A DNA stretch of 63,405 nucleotides, filler included, from Sphacelaria rigidula (lineage: Eukaryota): NCBI GenBank assembly GCA_964200075.2. It is 4 parts of 4 records of this genome, joined end to end, with 100 filler letters (N's around TTAATTAATTAA, not from the genome) between each part and the next. Parts side by side here need not be neighbours in the genome. Positions count along the whole stretch, not along the records: positions 1 to 15,778 come from CAXNAA020001598.1; positions 15,879 to 31,655 come from CAXNAA020001599.1; 2 more parts are not named here. One strand, written 5' to 3'. Positions 13,701 through 26,000 of this stretch are shown here, piece by piece. The translations under genes and the position numbers were made by a program. Numbering within the stretch: position 1 is the stretch's first letter; each line of letters opens with the position of its first letter. Under the pieces are notes generated by a model. That model had not been told where the DNA came from. It did no database searches and saw only the letters and a list, made by a program, of their open reading frames with translations.

Positions 13701-15740
13701 TGTTCAGGAAGCGAACAGTTTACCCATTGAACCAGTGAGCGCCCACTAGTTCAATGGGTAAACTGTTCGCTTCCTGAACAAAATATATGCTGTGTGGCCC
13801 GTCCCGGCATGACACTTCAGTGATCTCCGGGACTCTTTGCCCATTGCCAGCCTGACTGTTCACACGCCAAATCTATTCCTTCCACAATCGATCATGCCGC
13901 GGGACTCGAACTGCATATATTTTATTCAGGAAGCGAGCAGTTCACCCATTGAACCGGTGAGCGCTCACTGGTTCAATGGGTAAACGGTTCGCTTCCTGAA
14001 CAATATCTAGATAGTATAGCCTCTGCCAGACGATCTGGACAAAAGGACTTCCAGCGAGGGACTCCTCCAGTATCACTGGTGTCGTGCTCGACAAGCCGTT
14101 TCTTTTAACTTGTTATCATGACGGAGTGGTCCTCAACAGATGACGAGCCAGACAGCAAAGGGCCACACGGGAAAGGGCCATCAATCCAGGATCCCCTGTC
14201 CCCTGCCGCTGCTCCATTCATGCATGCGATTATGCTGAAACCTTGCGGCTTGGTATCATTTGGCTACAAGTTGCACGAGAATTTACGTCATCAACCACTT
14301 CGTACAAGATATTTCTCAATGACCTGATTGTGGCAATAGAAGTAGCAAAGCAAGGAGTTAAGGTGGGGGAAGATACGGGATCGGGTTGGTGTTCGCACGT
14401 TATTTCGTGGGGATTTCAGGAACACCAGAAGGATTTACAGGAACGAATAGAGAAGGCGCTAGAATACACTAGGAAATGGAGAGTGACAGCGAACGTGAAC
14501 AAATGTGTGATTTCTTATCTACAGCGGAGGCAAGGAAAATCCGGAAGACCTCAAATGCAAGTGAGGAGAAGAGGAACTACCGGCCGTAGACCAGTATACA
14601 TACCTTGGCGTAGAAATATATTAAAAAAACTGTTCTTGGAATGCACACATAAATTGAGTACTAGAAAAAGGTGAGGCATAGATGAGCAGGATGGGCGTGA
14701 TCCTTAGAGACTCACACTTAGAGACTGAGTTCAAGATGTGTATTCTGGTGACAGTGATTGTACCAAAGTTGGAATATGCAGGAGAGGTATGAGAGGGGAA
14801 CGCGAAGTTGGTGAAGAAGCTGGAAACAGTTCAGACGACAGCAGCTAAAACAATACTCGGATGCTCAGAAACGACGAGTAACACAGCGTTGAGAGCCGAG
14901 TTGGGACTGTACTCCCCCAAAATAAAACGAGACATGAGAAAATTGAGATGACAACATAGCGTCACGAGCATACCAAGAAGAAGATTGCCAGCCATAGTTG
15001 AGACGGCTGTAAGGAAGAAGGTGGCGAAAGGCCAGAGTGGAACTTGGTGGGATAGTGTAATCGACAATATATGGAAGGACATAGAAGGAAACCAAGACAA
15101 GGTAATATCCACTGGTGAGTGTGGCGGGTACAAGAGAAAGCGATATAAGGGGGAAGAAATACCTAGAAAGGAGACTAGACGGGGAAGAACACCTGGAGAT
15201 ATGCGGGGGGTTGAGAGTGGGGATGGGGATAGAAACATATCCGCATGGTCCAACGGACTCCGCGAAAAAATTGAAACCGCGATTTTGGGTCGAAGACCTG
15301 GATCTGCCACAGAGAACGGAGGGGTATACAAGTAGTCGAGTGGAGGAGGAAGTAAATGCACAGAATTACCACTGTGGCGAAGCAAAATAAGGTATAATTC
15401 ATATAGCGGCAAAGAGGAAAAGGACTTGTTGGGGGGGGGGGGGCGGGGGGGGCGGAAACTCAACGGAGGTGACATGGAATTGTTTGATACAATAGACAGC
15501 CGAGAAAACGATCGTTATACTAAGCGATAAATGATGGCCACAAAGGGTGAACCAGGAAGAGTATAATATATGTGGAAGGTCTTTGTGTGATGTATGAATG
15601 AAACGTAATGGGCGCCGAAATGTTGGAGGTGTTTTTCTGATGAGTAGAAGCGGTGCTCCGTCTCGCAAGGGGTGCGTGGCCAATGATCAAACGACTAAGG
15701 CAAGCAATACATGAGTACCCCCCCCCCCCCCCCCCCCCAC
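10720..15740 (+). mobile_element. Decayed non-LTR retrotransposon (LINE; APE endonuclease + reverse transcriptase), 5' boundary approximate
   Basis: APE remnants LRIGSWNV (~11532), GLHARAG, SVLD and TDH. RT remnants KAAGADEI, VNLFKRGD, RGIALLSTVGK, FLDALKAYD, KIFLNDL and YTYLGV. Many stops and frameshifts. The 3' end reads GAGTAC followed by a C run. Confidence 0.92.
13654..14267. mobile_element. 614-bp non-coding insertion in the LINE RT, carrying two long hairpins
   Basis: AAGT is duplicated at 13650-13653 and 14268-14271. The second LINE copy shows the empty site (cacgagaagttacac). Ends are GTATAGCC...GGCTAC. Confidence 0.85.
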
Positions 15741-15778
15741 CACCGCACACACACACACCCAACAACAAAAAACAGCCT

Positions 15779-15878
15779 NNNNNNNNNNNNNNNNNNNNNN
15801 NNNNNNNNNNNNNNNNNNNNNNTTAATTAATTAANNNNNNNNNNNNNNNNNNNNNNNNNNNNNNNNNNNNNNNNNNNN
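15779..15878. other. Scaffold gap (N44-TTAATTAATTAA-N44)
   Basis: The same artificial spacer occurs in all three gaps. Confidence 0.98.
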
Positions 15879-17072
15879 GTGGGGGGTTAGTATATTGGTG
15901 GTACCGGGGTGCCGTGAAGCGATACCCCGGCGCCCCCCCCCCCCCCCCCCCCCGTCCCCCCGTCCCTCGTGCTGTCGTTTTGTTCTGATCGTTCGTCAAA
16001 TGCCAAGCACAACGCATTGTGCACATGCGCATTCGCGCACGATATTCGACGAATACATCTTGAGAAATCGAGGCAGACACGAAAACATAGTATTTTTGCT
16101 GGCAGCGTCGTGTTGGAGCAGTACCGCTAGTTGACCTTGATAGTCCGAGGCCTTTGACGTTTTTGAGGAGGGTGCATACGGGTTCTCCGATCTTTAAGGA
16201 ACGCTTCACAGATCAACTACGCATGTTCCCCGGAAATATATAGGTCGAGCATCAGCCCTGAAGGAAGGTGGAGTGATCGTGTTGATAGTTCTGCACGGCT
16301 GTCCTGCTAAGGGCTTGGGGGTTGCAAGAAATTGTAGCGAAGCAATCCCCCCCCTCCCCCCGCTGCGATGGATCGACGTTGTTTTTGTCTCTCAATTGCT
16401 TCATTATCATCTTTTTTTTCCCCGCGCTGGACCGGATGGCTAAAAATGGAAGCTCTTCGATGTTGTGCTCTTTCAGCTAAAAAATGCGGCGCAATCAATC
16501 ACAACCCACCGAGAAGAAATCCCGTGTTTCGGCACATGGCTATAATGCATTCATTGGAAACGTATCGTCAACATCTGAAGGCATGCCCCAATGCATTCAT
16601 CGGAAACGTATCCTCAACATCTGAAGGCATGCCCCGCCATGTACAGATACTCGCGCTAGACGCCTGACACCTCCAGAGGTACCCCTCCATCCATCGCAAT
16701 ATGAGGCACTGCTTGTTGAGCGTCGTCGGTACAACATGATGTGAGCAGCACGAAGAATCGTCAAACTCTATTGCTTTGTTTTTTCACGAGGCCGTCAGTT
16801 TGACTGGCGCAGTCGCCTGGAGACAGACAACGCTGCTTAACGTCATGGCCGATTGAAACGAAACCGAGCACACAGCCAATCAGCTGATTGAGAGAGCTTC
16901 GCCCCCAAGCTATCGAGTTTTGTATCACGTGTCGTGCATGTCGTGGTCAACGTGTGAACAGATTTGGGATGAGGGGTGCAATTCGTGGTGTTTCGTAACG
17001 TCCGTCTCCGTCCTTTGCTGCGCTTTGTGAATAAAAGCTGGACTCAATACAAGTGACAACGAGCAGAATCAA

Positions 17073-17098
17073 ATGGGCCGCATTCTCCTGCTAGCCAG
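17073..17098 (+). CDS. Tentative exon 1 of the 5'-3' exonuclease (MGRILLLA-R)
   Basis: ATG at 17073 and a weak donor AG|gttttt. Phase 2 matches the next exon. Confidence 0.35.
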
Positions 17099-20000
17099 GT
17101 TTTTGCCATAAGGCAGTGCCTGGTTGAAGGAGCAAGGTGTTTGCGGAATGCCGTTGTTGTCCGTGGCCGTTTGCGAAAACCAGATAGTCAACCATCTGGA
17201 ATCAGGGGATGTTTCTTATTTCCAGGCCCCATCAAACGAAATCTAGGGAGATCCAATCTGCAGAACACGGTCATTGCTGAAGGAGGGGTGTTTTTCCGTC
17301 CCTGAACTTCTCCAAGCGGTACACTTGGCTGAAAGAAACGGCACGCATGCCGCGGTGGAGGCTAGTCGCGTGGTTCATGAACAACCAGGGGGTACAGCAT
17401 ACACAGAGGGATGATTTTGCAGCGAAGTAATGGATGCATACCACAGTACTGTTTTTTTCGTGGGTTTGTCACCGTAAATGAACGAACCCTGTTGCGCACT
17501 TTTGAAGAAATCCTGCATGTCGTGGCCGACACCGTTTGTTTGGTGTACAAGATGGTTACGCACCGCCAGCAGCGATAACACAGTAGTACAGCTGTCTAGC
17601 TACTCTTTGATGAAGCAGCTATGTTCTCGCGAAGCAGATCGTTTGAGCCGATGCATCCTGATTCACCTCTTTGGTATTTTGCGCTGGGTTGCTCCTTCAG
17701 TGGAGATGGGCGCGATTTTAACGTGAACAATGGCTGTAAAACCCGGGCGACCCACTGTGGCGGTCAAATGGAGATCATCTTGTTTTTGAAATATGTTTTG
17801 CTCTTCGTTGCTGCTGTATGTAGTAATTCCTAAACCGTTGCCTTAGCTCTTGAGCTACTCGATGGATTCCCCTTCAAGAGCAAGCTGGTATTGCACGCGC
17901 AAGCTGAAGTGCTTTTTTGTATTCGTCCTCGAGCACGTCGGGTGCGACGGTTATCGCGTGTACATTTTCTTCGGGGTTTCCTCCACACATCCAGGACAAG
18001 CCGATCTGTAATACTGGGACATCCAACCGCTCCTCATGTCAACACGCTCCGCTGCGTTGACCAAAGCACTCGATACACAGTAAGGGGCATAGCTACCACG
18101 GCTCAAGAGTTGCCCGTGAGTACATATTTTCGGCGACACCAGTCTTCATACAAGCGAGATGACGGTTGGGTAACTTTCGATCTAACACCACGGGAACACT
18201 TTTCTGGACAGGACTAGCTGTTCGTTACGCCAACCCTGTCTGTATTGCAGATGAATCTGTCAGCGCCGTTGGGTTGCGTGTCGAGTACGGTTGAATCGGC
18301 ATCACACAGAGTTAGCATACACTCCTACACCTAGCTTGCACAGGCACCGTAGGTAAGGTAGGTACTCGGTACCGGTATTTGGGACATATCATACACTACC
18401 GATACCGGTCCAATCGGGTATTTTCAAATGTCATACCTACGATACCCACGCTACCACGGTATTTCGAAATTTCAATACCTACCCTACCCGCTCGATCGGG
18501 TATTTTCAAATGTCATACCTACGGTACCTACGATACCACGGTATTTAGAGATACCAGTACCTACCGTACCTGCTCGATCGGGTTTTTTCAAGTGTCGTAC
18601 CTAAGATACCTGCGGGTATTTCGAGAGTTCAAGACCTACCGTACCCGCTCAATCGGGTATTTTCAAGACTCATACCTAAGATACCCACGCATACCACGGT
18701 ATGGCAAACCCCGAAATATCGAGGACATACCGGGTAAATACCGGACGCGATGCATTCCCCACGGTGCAGCAGCTGGTTCCAACCTACGCACAGGGCAAAA
18801 GCTGTCAGAGCAGATTCGTCTTGTTCTCGCAAGTAATATATACCCAGATTCCTCCTGATTTTCGTGTTTGGATCAATTCGAAATAGGTCATTATTATGTA
18901 GTCTGAAGTGCGGTCGATTTTTTTTCTCGTTCTGAAAAGTCCACCGCATTTCTGTTCTTAGAAGGCTTTAATTCAAACAACTTTAGTAGTTGCGCGCGGG
19001 GGAAAAGTGCAAAATAATCAAGCTAAGCTTTTTCGATCGAAAACATGCGGTCGAAACGCACAAAGCGAACATGCAAACTACATCCAACTCATTCTCAGCT
19101 ACCACCGCAACCCTGCAGCATCGAGTACGAGTTGAGCACAGGGATAGATACACTACGGTAGTTGGGTATGCTTTCTTTTTTTTTTTTTGGCGAAAACTTG
19201 CGCATCTCCTTTCATGGTAGGATCAGCGACGGAACTGCATGGTGCGGTGGGCAACCGAGTTGCGTACACGCGCGTGGACAGTGCAGGCAGCACAGAGCTG
19301 CACGTTTTCAAAGTCCTTTTGACGTCGCATTATAAGCAGAGAGGACTGTTAGTCCTGGGCTGTCCCCATTGCGCGTTGCCCGCTTCTCCTCGAAAGCCTA
19401 CTGTACGAAACACGCACACACGCACTCAAGACACGCGCACACCGCTTGCAAGCAGGGCAAACAGTACAGACTGTCGGTACTGTATACGAGGGACCATGTA
19501 CCGTTTCACGAAATTCATGGTCTTTTTTCGATCGAAAGCTCGAAAATTCGCTTGGACTCCATTCGACAAAAATGAGCGACTTCCGCTCAGATCAATTCCA
19601 CCGACCCATTTTTTACCGCAAAAAAAGTGTCAAGTGAAGCCTTGAAACGCTTCTCCACACTGCCGGAGGACAGTTTTGAAGTCGGTATAGAGGGTGAAGC
19701 AGGTACCCCGTACTGGTAATTCTAACATCTCATACCCTACCGATACCGACCCAATCGGGTATTGTCAAACGTTATACCCACGATACCACGGTATTTCGAG
19801 ATACCAATACCTACCGCACCCGCTCGATCAATTATTTTCAAAACTCATACCTATGATACCTCCGATACCCCGGTATTCCAAGATTTCACTACCTACCGCA
19901 CCCGCTCAATCAGGTATTTTTGAAACTTATACCTTTGATACCCACGCATACCATAGTATGGGATATCCCGGTAAATACCGGAGGTACGCTCATTACGGTA

Positions 20001-23000
20001 CCTTACCTACGGTTCACGTGCTAGATCGGTCTTGGCTTGGTTGGAAACGAGTGTAGATGTTTGTCAGACACTGTCCGCATATTGAAGGACGTGATTCTGG
20101 GGATGTCATGCCGTCACTTCGGCCCACAAGTAGCCAAAGCGAAGACGAAAAAACCTTCTCCGCCATCTTGACCTTAGTGGATGGGCTTCATCACATGCAA
20201 CTCATGGTTTTGCTCCGATGATTGGCTCGGTCGGTTCTAGCCAATCACGGAAGCTCCCGCCAATTCAACACTGAACGCACGATGCTTGGCCAGAGAGAAC
20301 TCCCGGGGGTCCTCATGCACCAATGCCCTACAAACGCTTGTTATCCACCTGTTCGGTAGGGGTGTTGTTCCCCTTGAGACAAGCACATGTGATGCCAAGA
20401 CACGAAGAAATAGTTGAAAAGTAGAAGCGCACGAGATCAAGGACTAGTTCAAGATGGGGGGCTCATTTCGATGAGATATCCGCTCGCTGACGAAAGTTCA
20501 AATCGTCGAAGTCAGGGTTTTTGGAAACAATACTGATTTTGTTCCCTTGGATGTGGTTTTTCACATGCGACAACGCGACAGATCACGATAGAACATGCTT
20601 ATGTTCATATACCGCATTCGATTACATCATTGAGATTCCGCACATCCCCAACATTATTGCCGTGCGCTGTCTCCAGAGTGGCGTGTATGCTCAGTGAGAT
20701 TCGGACACACATCATTCCGTCCGTTCGTATGCACATGCCCAGTTCGTCACGAATATCCACACTCGGTAGTGACGAATAGCTCGCGTCGAACCGTTGCGCG
20801 AACCCTTGTTCTATGCGCAGGGCTTTTCTGTTGTTTCGCTAATGATCGAACAAAACAGAATCAGGGGGTTTGAAACGTTTCACATACTTGCCACTTTGAA
20901 CGACTTCTTCCTCAACGTTGTTCCCACGTATATTCTTGGACAATATAGCGTGGTTTGCATCAAAGACCTGAAATAGGCAGAGCCATCTCTCTGTGGCAGA
21001 GCCATCTCTCTGTGGCAGAGCCTTCTCTCTGTTCAACCGTGCTTGCGCTGTTTTGTGTCACTGTTGCTGCCTATCTCGACGACCCAGAACGCAGCGGGCA
21101 TCCCGTCCCCACGCCATGTGTGTGTGTGTGTGTTTGTTGCCATCCCATCTATTCTGGGTACCACTCTACACCTCTTGGTGAATGTGGGCGCATCAGCCGG
21201 GGTCGCACAGGGAGAAGGCCAACGCAGGATTTTTTTTTTCTTCATTCTGGTTGAGTACTCCACCTCCCTTCTGCGGTGCCTGCCTTGTGTTTTATCGGGA
21301 GAGGGGTTCAGCAGTCCCTTTCCCTTATCGACCCTGAAGTCGAGTTTTGTGTACGCACGACATCGTCGCTCTTCACTGTTGGGCATTGTCTGAGGAAAAA
21401 TCTGGGATCGTGTTACAGCACCGAGATTCGAATCCACGACCCAACCACCAAAAAGTTCCGAGGTTACCAACTAAGCGACCGGGGCGACCGGGGCGACCGG
21501 CTGGTTGCTTGCTCGTAACATCGACCTATCATTTTTTCCTGTCTTCGCTTCTCTGCATCGTCCTGCTCATCATCGTTCCGATGTCTAGCGCTCTACTATA
21601 TGTTGGTCGATACTTCGGGTCATCCGCTGTTTTTCGTTTTGGAATGCCTTCTTGACAGGTGAACCCGCGATACGTTGCGATGGCTTTCGATGTTGGCCGA
21701 GATACTACGTTTCGGCGCGAGATTTTCCCACCTTACAAGGCCCACAGGAAGCCTCATCCGTACGATCTCACGCTACAGGTGAGACTACCAAAACATCGAA
21801 GATGAAGAGCAAAGATGGGACGCTTTTGCAATATCGGCCATTTCTCTGAAGAGTGATGGACGGGATGCGTTCGATGCATCGATCACCTCCTCACAAAACC
21901 GTCGCAAGAACAGACATTGTACCACGGCCGAGACCCCGGATGCTAAAATGCTGCTGCCAAAGAGGGTTTGGATGAGACTAGGAGTTTCAATTTGACAAAC
22001 GCAACTCGACCAAACGACTTGGTGTGCTCCGCGCCCCTTAATGCCGTCCTTTCGCCACCCGACCGTTTTTGTGCATTTTCAGATGCCGCTAGCGAAGGCG
22101 CTAGCGGAAGCTCTGGGCTGCCAGACGTTTTCGCTCGAGGGATTCGAGGCAGATGACGTCATGGCCACGCTCACGCGCTGGGCGAGGTCGGCAGGGCTAG
22201 GGGTGGTGGTGTGCTCCTCAGACAAAGACATGTGCCAGCTGGTCAGAGACAGAGTGCACGTCATGCTTCCGCGGAGGTGCTCCACGGTGCATACTAATCA
22301 GGAATATTTGTGTGTCTCGCAAGCAAGCTCGCATGTACTGCGTGAAATCTACTGACGGTGCCGTGGCGATCAAGACACCGTGTTTTTAGTGTGCTCTGTG
22401 CGAGTGTATACGCATGCATGCATAAAAAATACGTCAAACCCAAGTTGTCACGGTGTTTGTCAGGGCCGCATACGCTCTGTAGTGTCTGTCAGAATGAGGC
22501 TGGAAAGTGAAATATATGGCTAAGCTGGAGCTTGCGATGTCTTCAGATGAGATGTGCAGGTGCCCCGATAAGACCCCGCAGGATCCAAAGATGATGCTTT
22601 TTTTTCAGTGGTATCAGTAAACATATCCGGAGCGCAGCGTCGCTTAGGTTTCCTGACCGGAAATGAGCGTGCTTGACTTCCACTTGGCGCACCGTTGTGG
22701 CTCACTTGTCATGATTGGTCTTGGTTATGAGCACGATATTGGCGTCGTGCGCGTTGCATGCGAGGCATAATGGTTCGATTCCCTTCTGACTGTTTCACCA
22801 CAAGCCTGGGCGTTGGATTTTTGTTCATGGTATGTGTGCAGCAACGACTACGCGATCCTAGGAGACGAGGAGGTGAAGGAGAAGTTTGGGGTGAAGCCGC
22901 GAGCATTACCCGATCTATTCGGGCTTGTTGGTGACGTCGCGGATAATATTCCTGGTGAGAGCCCAGAAAACGTTGCTGCGGCACCACACGTGATGTTACC

Positions 23001-26000
23001 ATCCATAGACTTCGGCCATCTTGGCACTCAGAGTGAGCGGTTGATGGGATAACGAGAAGCTGTGTCATTGCAGCCATGCACGTTGCATCAATTCACAGCA
23101 TGATGTGAGGTATGGGATGCCTCAGTTCAGACATGTGTTGGCCCTCCTCTGCTACCACCCGCCCGCTCACCCACCATCACTTACGCCATTCTGTACTTCG
23201 ACCACGGTATAATCCTGTTGCTCACGCTGAGTTGAACATCGACGCGTTCACTAATCCATGTTCAATTCAGCAATATATCACATGAGGGATTTATCCGAGG
23301 TAACCACTGGCTGGTTGGGGGTGAATGCCCAAAATTTATTCCCCACAAGATGCAGAACGCAAAACTGGACTGATGAAAAATGTAGTTGGTATCATGGTGA
23401 CCCCCACAAGCAAACGAGTAGTGGGCATGACAGAAGTTCTGTTACGCCTCATTCTAATGGTGGCGAGTTGCCTGTTCTATATCTTCTCGCATTTCGTTGC
23501 GCATACTTCGGTTCACGAATCGGCCGACCCGTTTTAATCGGCAGGCGTCAAGGGCATTGGGCTGAAGGGAGGATCCCGTCTCTTGGAGAGGTTCGGCAGT
23601 CTGGAGGGCATCTTCGCAGGGGTCGAGAACGTGGGGGACCTGAGCATACGGGGCTCTAAGGGATTGCAGGAGCTGCTGAGGTAAGTGACACGAATTTCAT
23701 TGGATCTAGCATGAGGTTATGCTTTTCCCCGCGCTCCAGGGCTGATTCGTATCGCCACAACTCGCGAGAACAGCAACCTTGAACGTAGACTGCGATACGC
23801 AGTTCTATGCTGCTACTTCCCCGCCGAGATGGCGTGCTGCCCCGTAAGGGACACCACGACCCCGCCGCCATTCCACGTAGTCTGGACCACTGCTAGCTTT
23901 CCTGCCAAGCGGGCTCTTGTTCGGTGGACCGATGCTGTGAAAGTAGCTTGAGCTGCAGGGTGGGTACCGTGGGGAGTATAGAGCAGGACTCTAGCGGAAG
24001 CCCTTCGGTTTCGGGTAGATTGTCTTGGTGTTGGACTTCGATGTAGGTAGTTCTGTGGTTCAACACGATTTTCCGTGCTCAATCCCGAATCCTGCGCTCT
24101 CAACTGCCGACAGCAAACCGGAGATTCAGGAAGAAGCGATGCTCTACCGCGAAATAGCCACTTTGCACGACGAGGTGAGAAAACAGAGGCAAATGTCGGG
24201 TGGAAGTCACTTTTAATGGAAGAACGTGTACCCCTCTAAGATATTGTCAAGCAGAAGGGAAAAAAAGGAGGGAACATCTCCGTGGTGCTCGCTCCAAATG
24301 TAATTCGCACTGAAAAGTCTGTTAAAAAATCGGAAGCCGTTATTCAGGCTTGCCGCCAGTGAGAGAAGTCCCAGCGCGGACTCAGGTCCATTCACGGCAT
24401 GCCCAGTATACAGGACTGTAGGAAGAAAAGCTTGCGACGGCCCGGTGTTTTTTGTTTCCTTCAAATATTGGCACATGATTTTCATGTGCCTTAGACCGTG
24501 GTCCCATCGCCCCACATGCATGGTAAGTACAAGTCGGTACCGTATTTTAAAACGCAATATCTGTCTCTCCTTCTCTCTGCAAATTGGCTTGATCTCTTGA
24601 CCTCGGCGTCACGTAGCTCGCCTTTCCAGTATCGTCACAACAGTTATTTCTGTGAAAGACGCTTATTCGGCGATTTCTTCTGAGTCTCCAAAACAAAATG
24701 ACGTACGGCATTTGATACATGATATTCTCGCCGAAAAAACGATATAATCGAACGAACAATTTTTTTTCAAGAACAAACGGTCAAGTTATCGCAAATATGA
24801 TAACATGATATTTTATATCCCAAGCATAGCACGTCCATGTTGTTGTCCCCGTATCGTTTGAAGCGCTACCCATGTTCGGAGGTACTACCATATACGCGCT
24901 GTCGGACCCGGGCTATCGGACCCGTAAGGCGCCCAAACTTGGCTCAGGTGTCACTTGAAGCACAATGAGCAAGCCCTTATCGGTCGCTGATTCTCGACAT
25001 ATGTCGCAGGAGCTTTTGACGAAGCCGAAGACGTTCAGATTTTGCTTTCTTTTTTGCGCAACGTACGAGTAGCATTACAGGCGTGCGTTTGCACGTCGTT
25101 CTACTGTCCAAGAACTCGGCATCGTGCATTGTGTACGACAACTGGTATTTCTTTCAGCTGCCTACTGCTGAATACGAAACAGCACTGCTGCCACAGCTAC
25201 TTACCGTTCCCCTCGCTGGGATATGCATCGTCCATCGTCCGTGCCAGTGTGTGGTCGAAACTAGTATGCGTTCGTTCATTTGCAGTACTGTGCTTTATCA
25301 ACGCCTTTTGAAACGTAGGCTTTTGAGCGGTACTTGAGCTGTACACCCATTCTTGGCACGGCGTGACCTGCCACTGGGGATGAGGCTCTGTTTTCACTAT
25401 GGTACGCTTCCTCGTGGCGCGTGCTACGCAGCTTGCATAGAGCTACCCATGTGACTTTCGGTAATATGTCATCAGCGTAGCATATACGAGATAGGGTATG
25501 TCGAAGAACGTGTCATGTAGTGTACGCCAAATATTTTGGTATCTTGGAAAGTGGAGATCCGACGCATGCCCACAGCAACAGCTAGCCCAGTGCTGTCATC
25601 CCCCTATCTAGAGCCTGTACAACTCATTGTGACTGACTTGGGCACGTGATGTGCGACGTTTCAAAAATACTGGAGTATAGTAGTTTTCATCTGTAATAAA
25701 AGGTTTCTGTAATATTTTCGTATTCGACGATTGTCGATGGTTTTTTCGCGGGCTACCGCTTATCCCAGCGAGCGGTTGATCCCAACGCTTGGGAGTAGGG
25801 AGATACTAGGCATCCGCTTCACACTCCGAAACCAAAATCGTCTCTGCACTCAAAATTGAACGACTTCCGAGCTGAGATGACAGGGGGTGTTACTGACCGT
25901 TTTTGGTCCAAAACACATTTCTTTTCTGCTGTAGTACAATGAATAGGTAAAACTGAAGTAAGAAGGATCCTTAAAATCATTCGTGAACGTGATCGGAGTT

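Noticed and set aside
15823..15834. TTAATTAATTAA motif repeated three times in the window
   Set aside because: It is always centred in a 100-nt N gap and is an artificial all-frame stop linker.
21420..21490. Functional tRNA gene
   Set aside because: It has only A/B-box-like motifs without a convincing cloverleaf and is fused to a multicopy body, so it is a SINE head.
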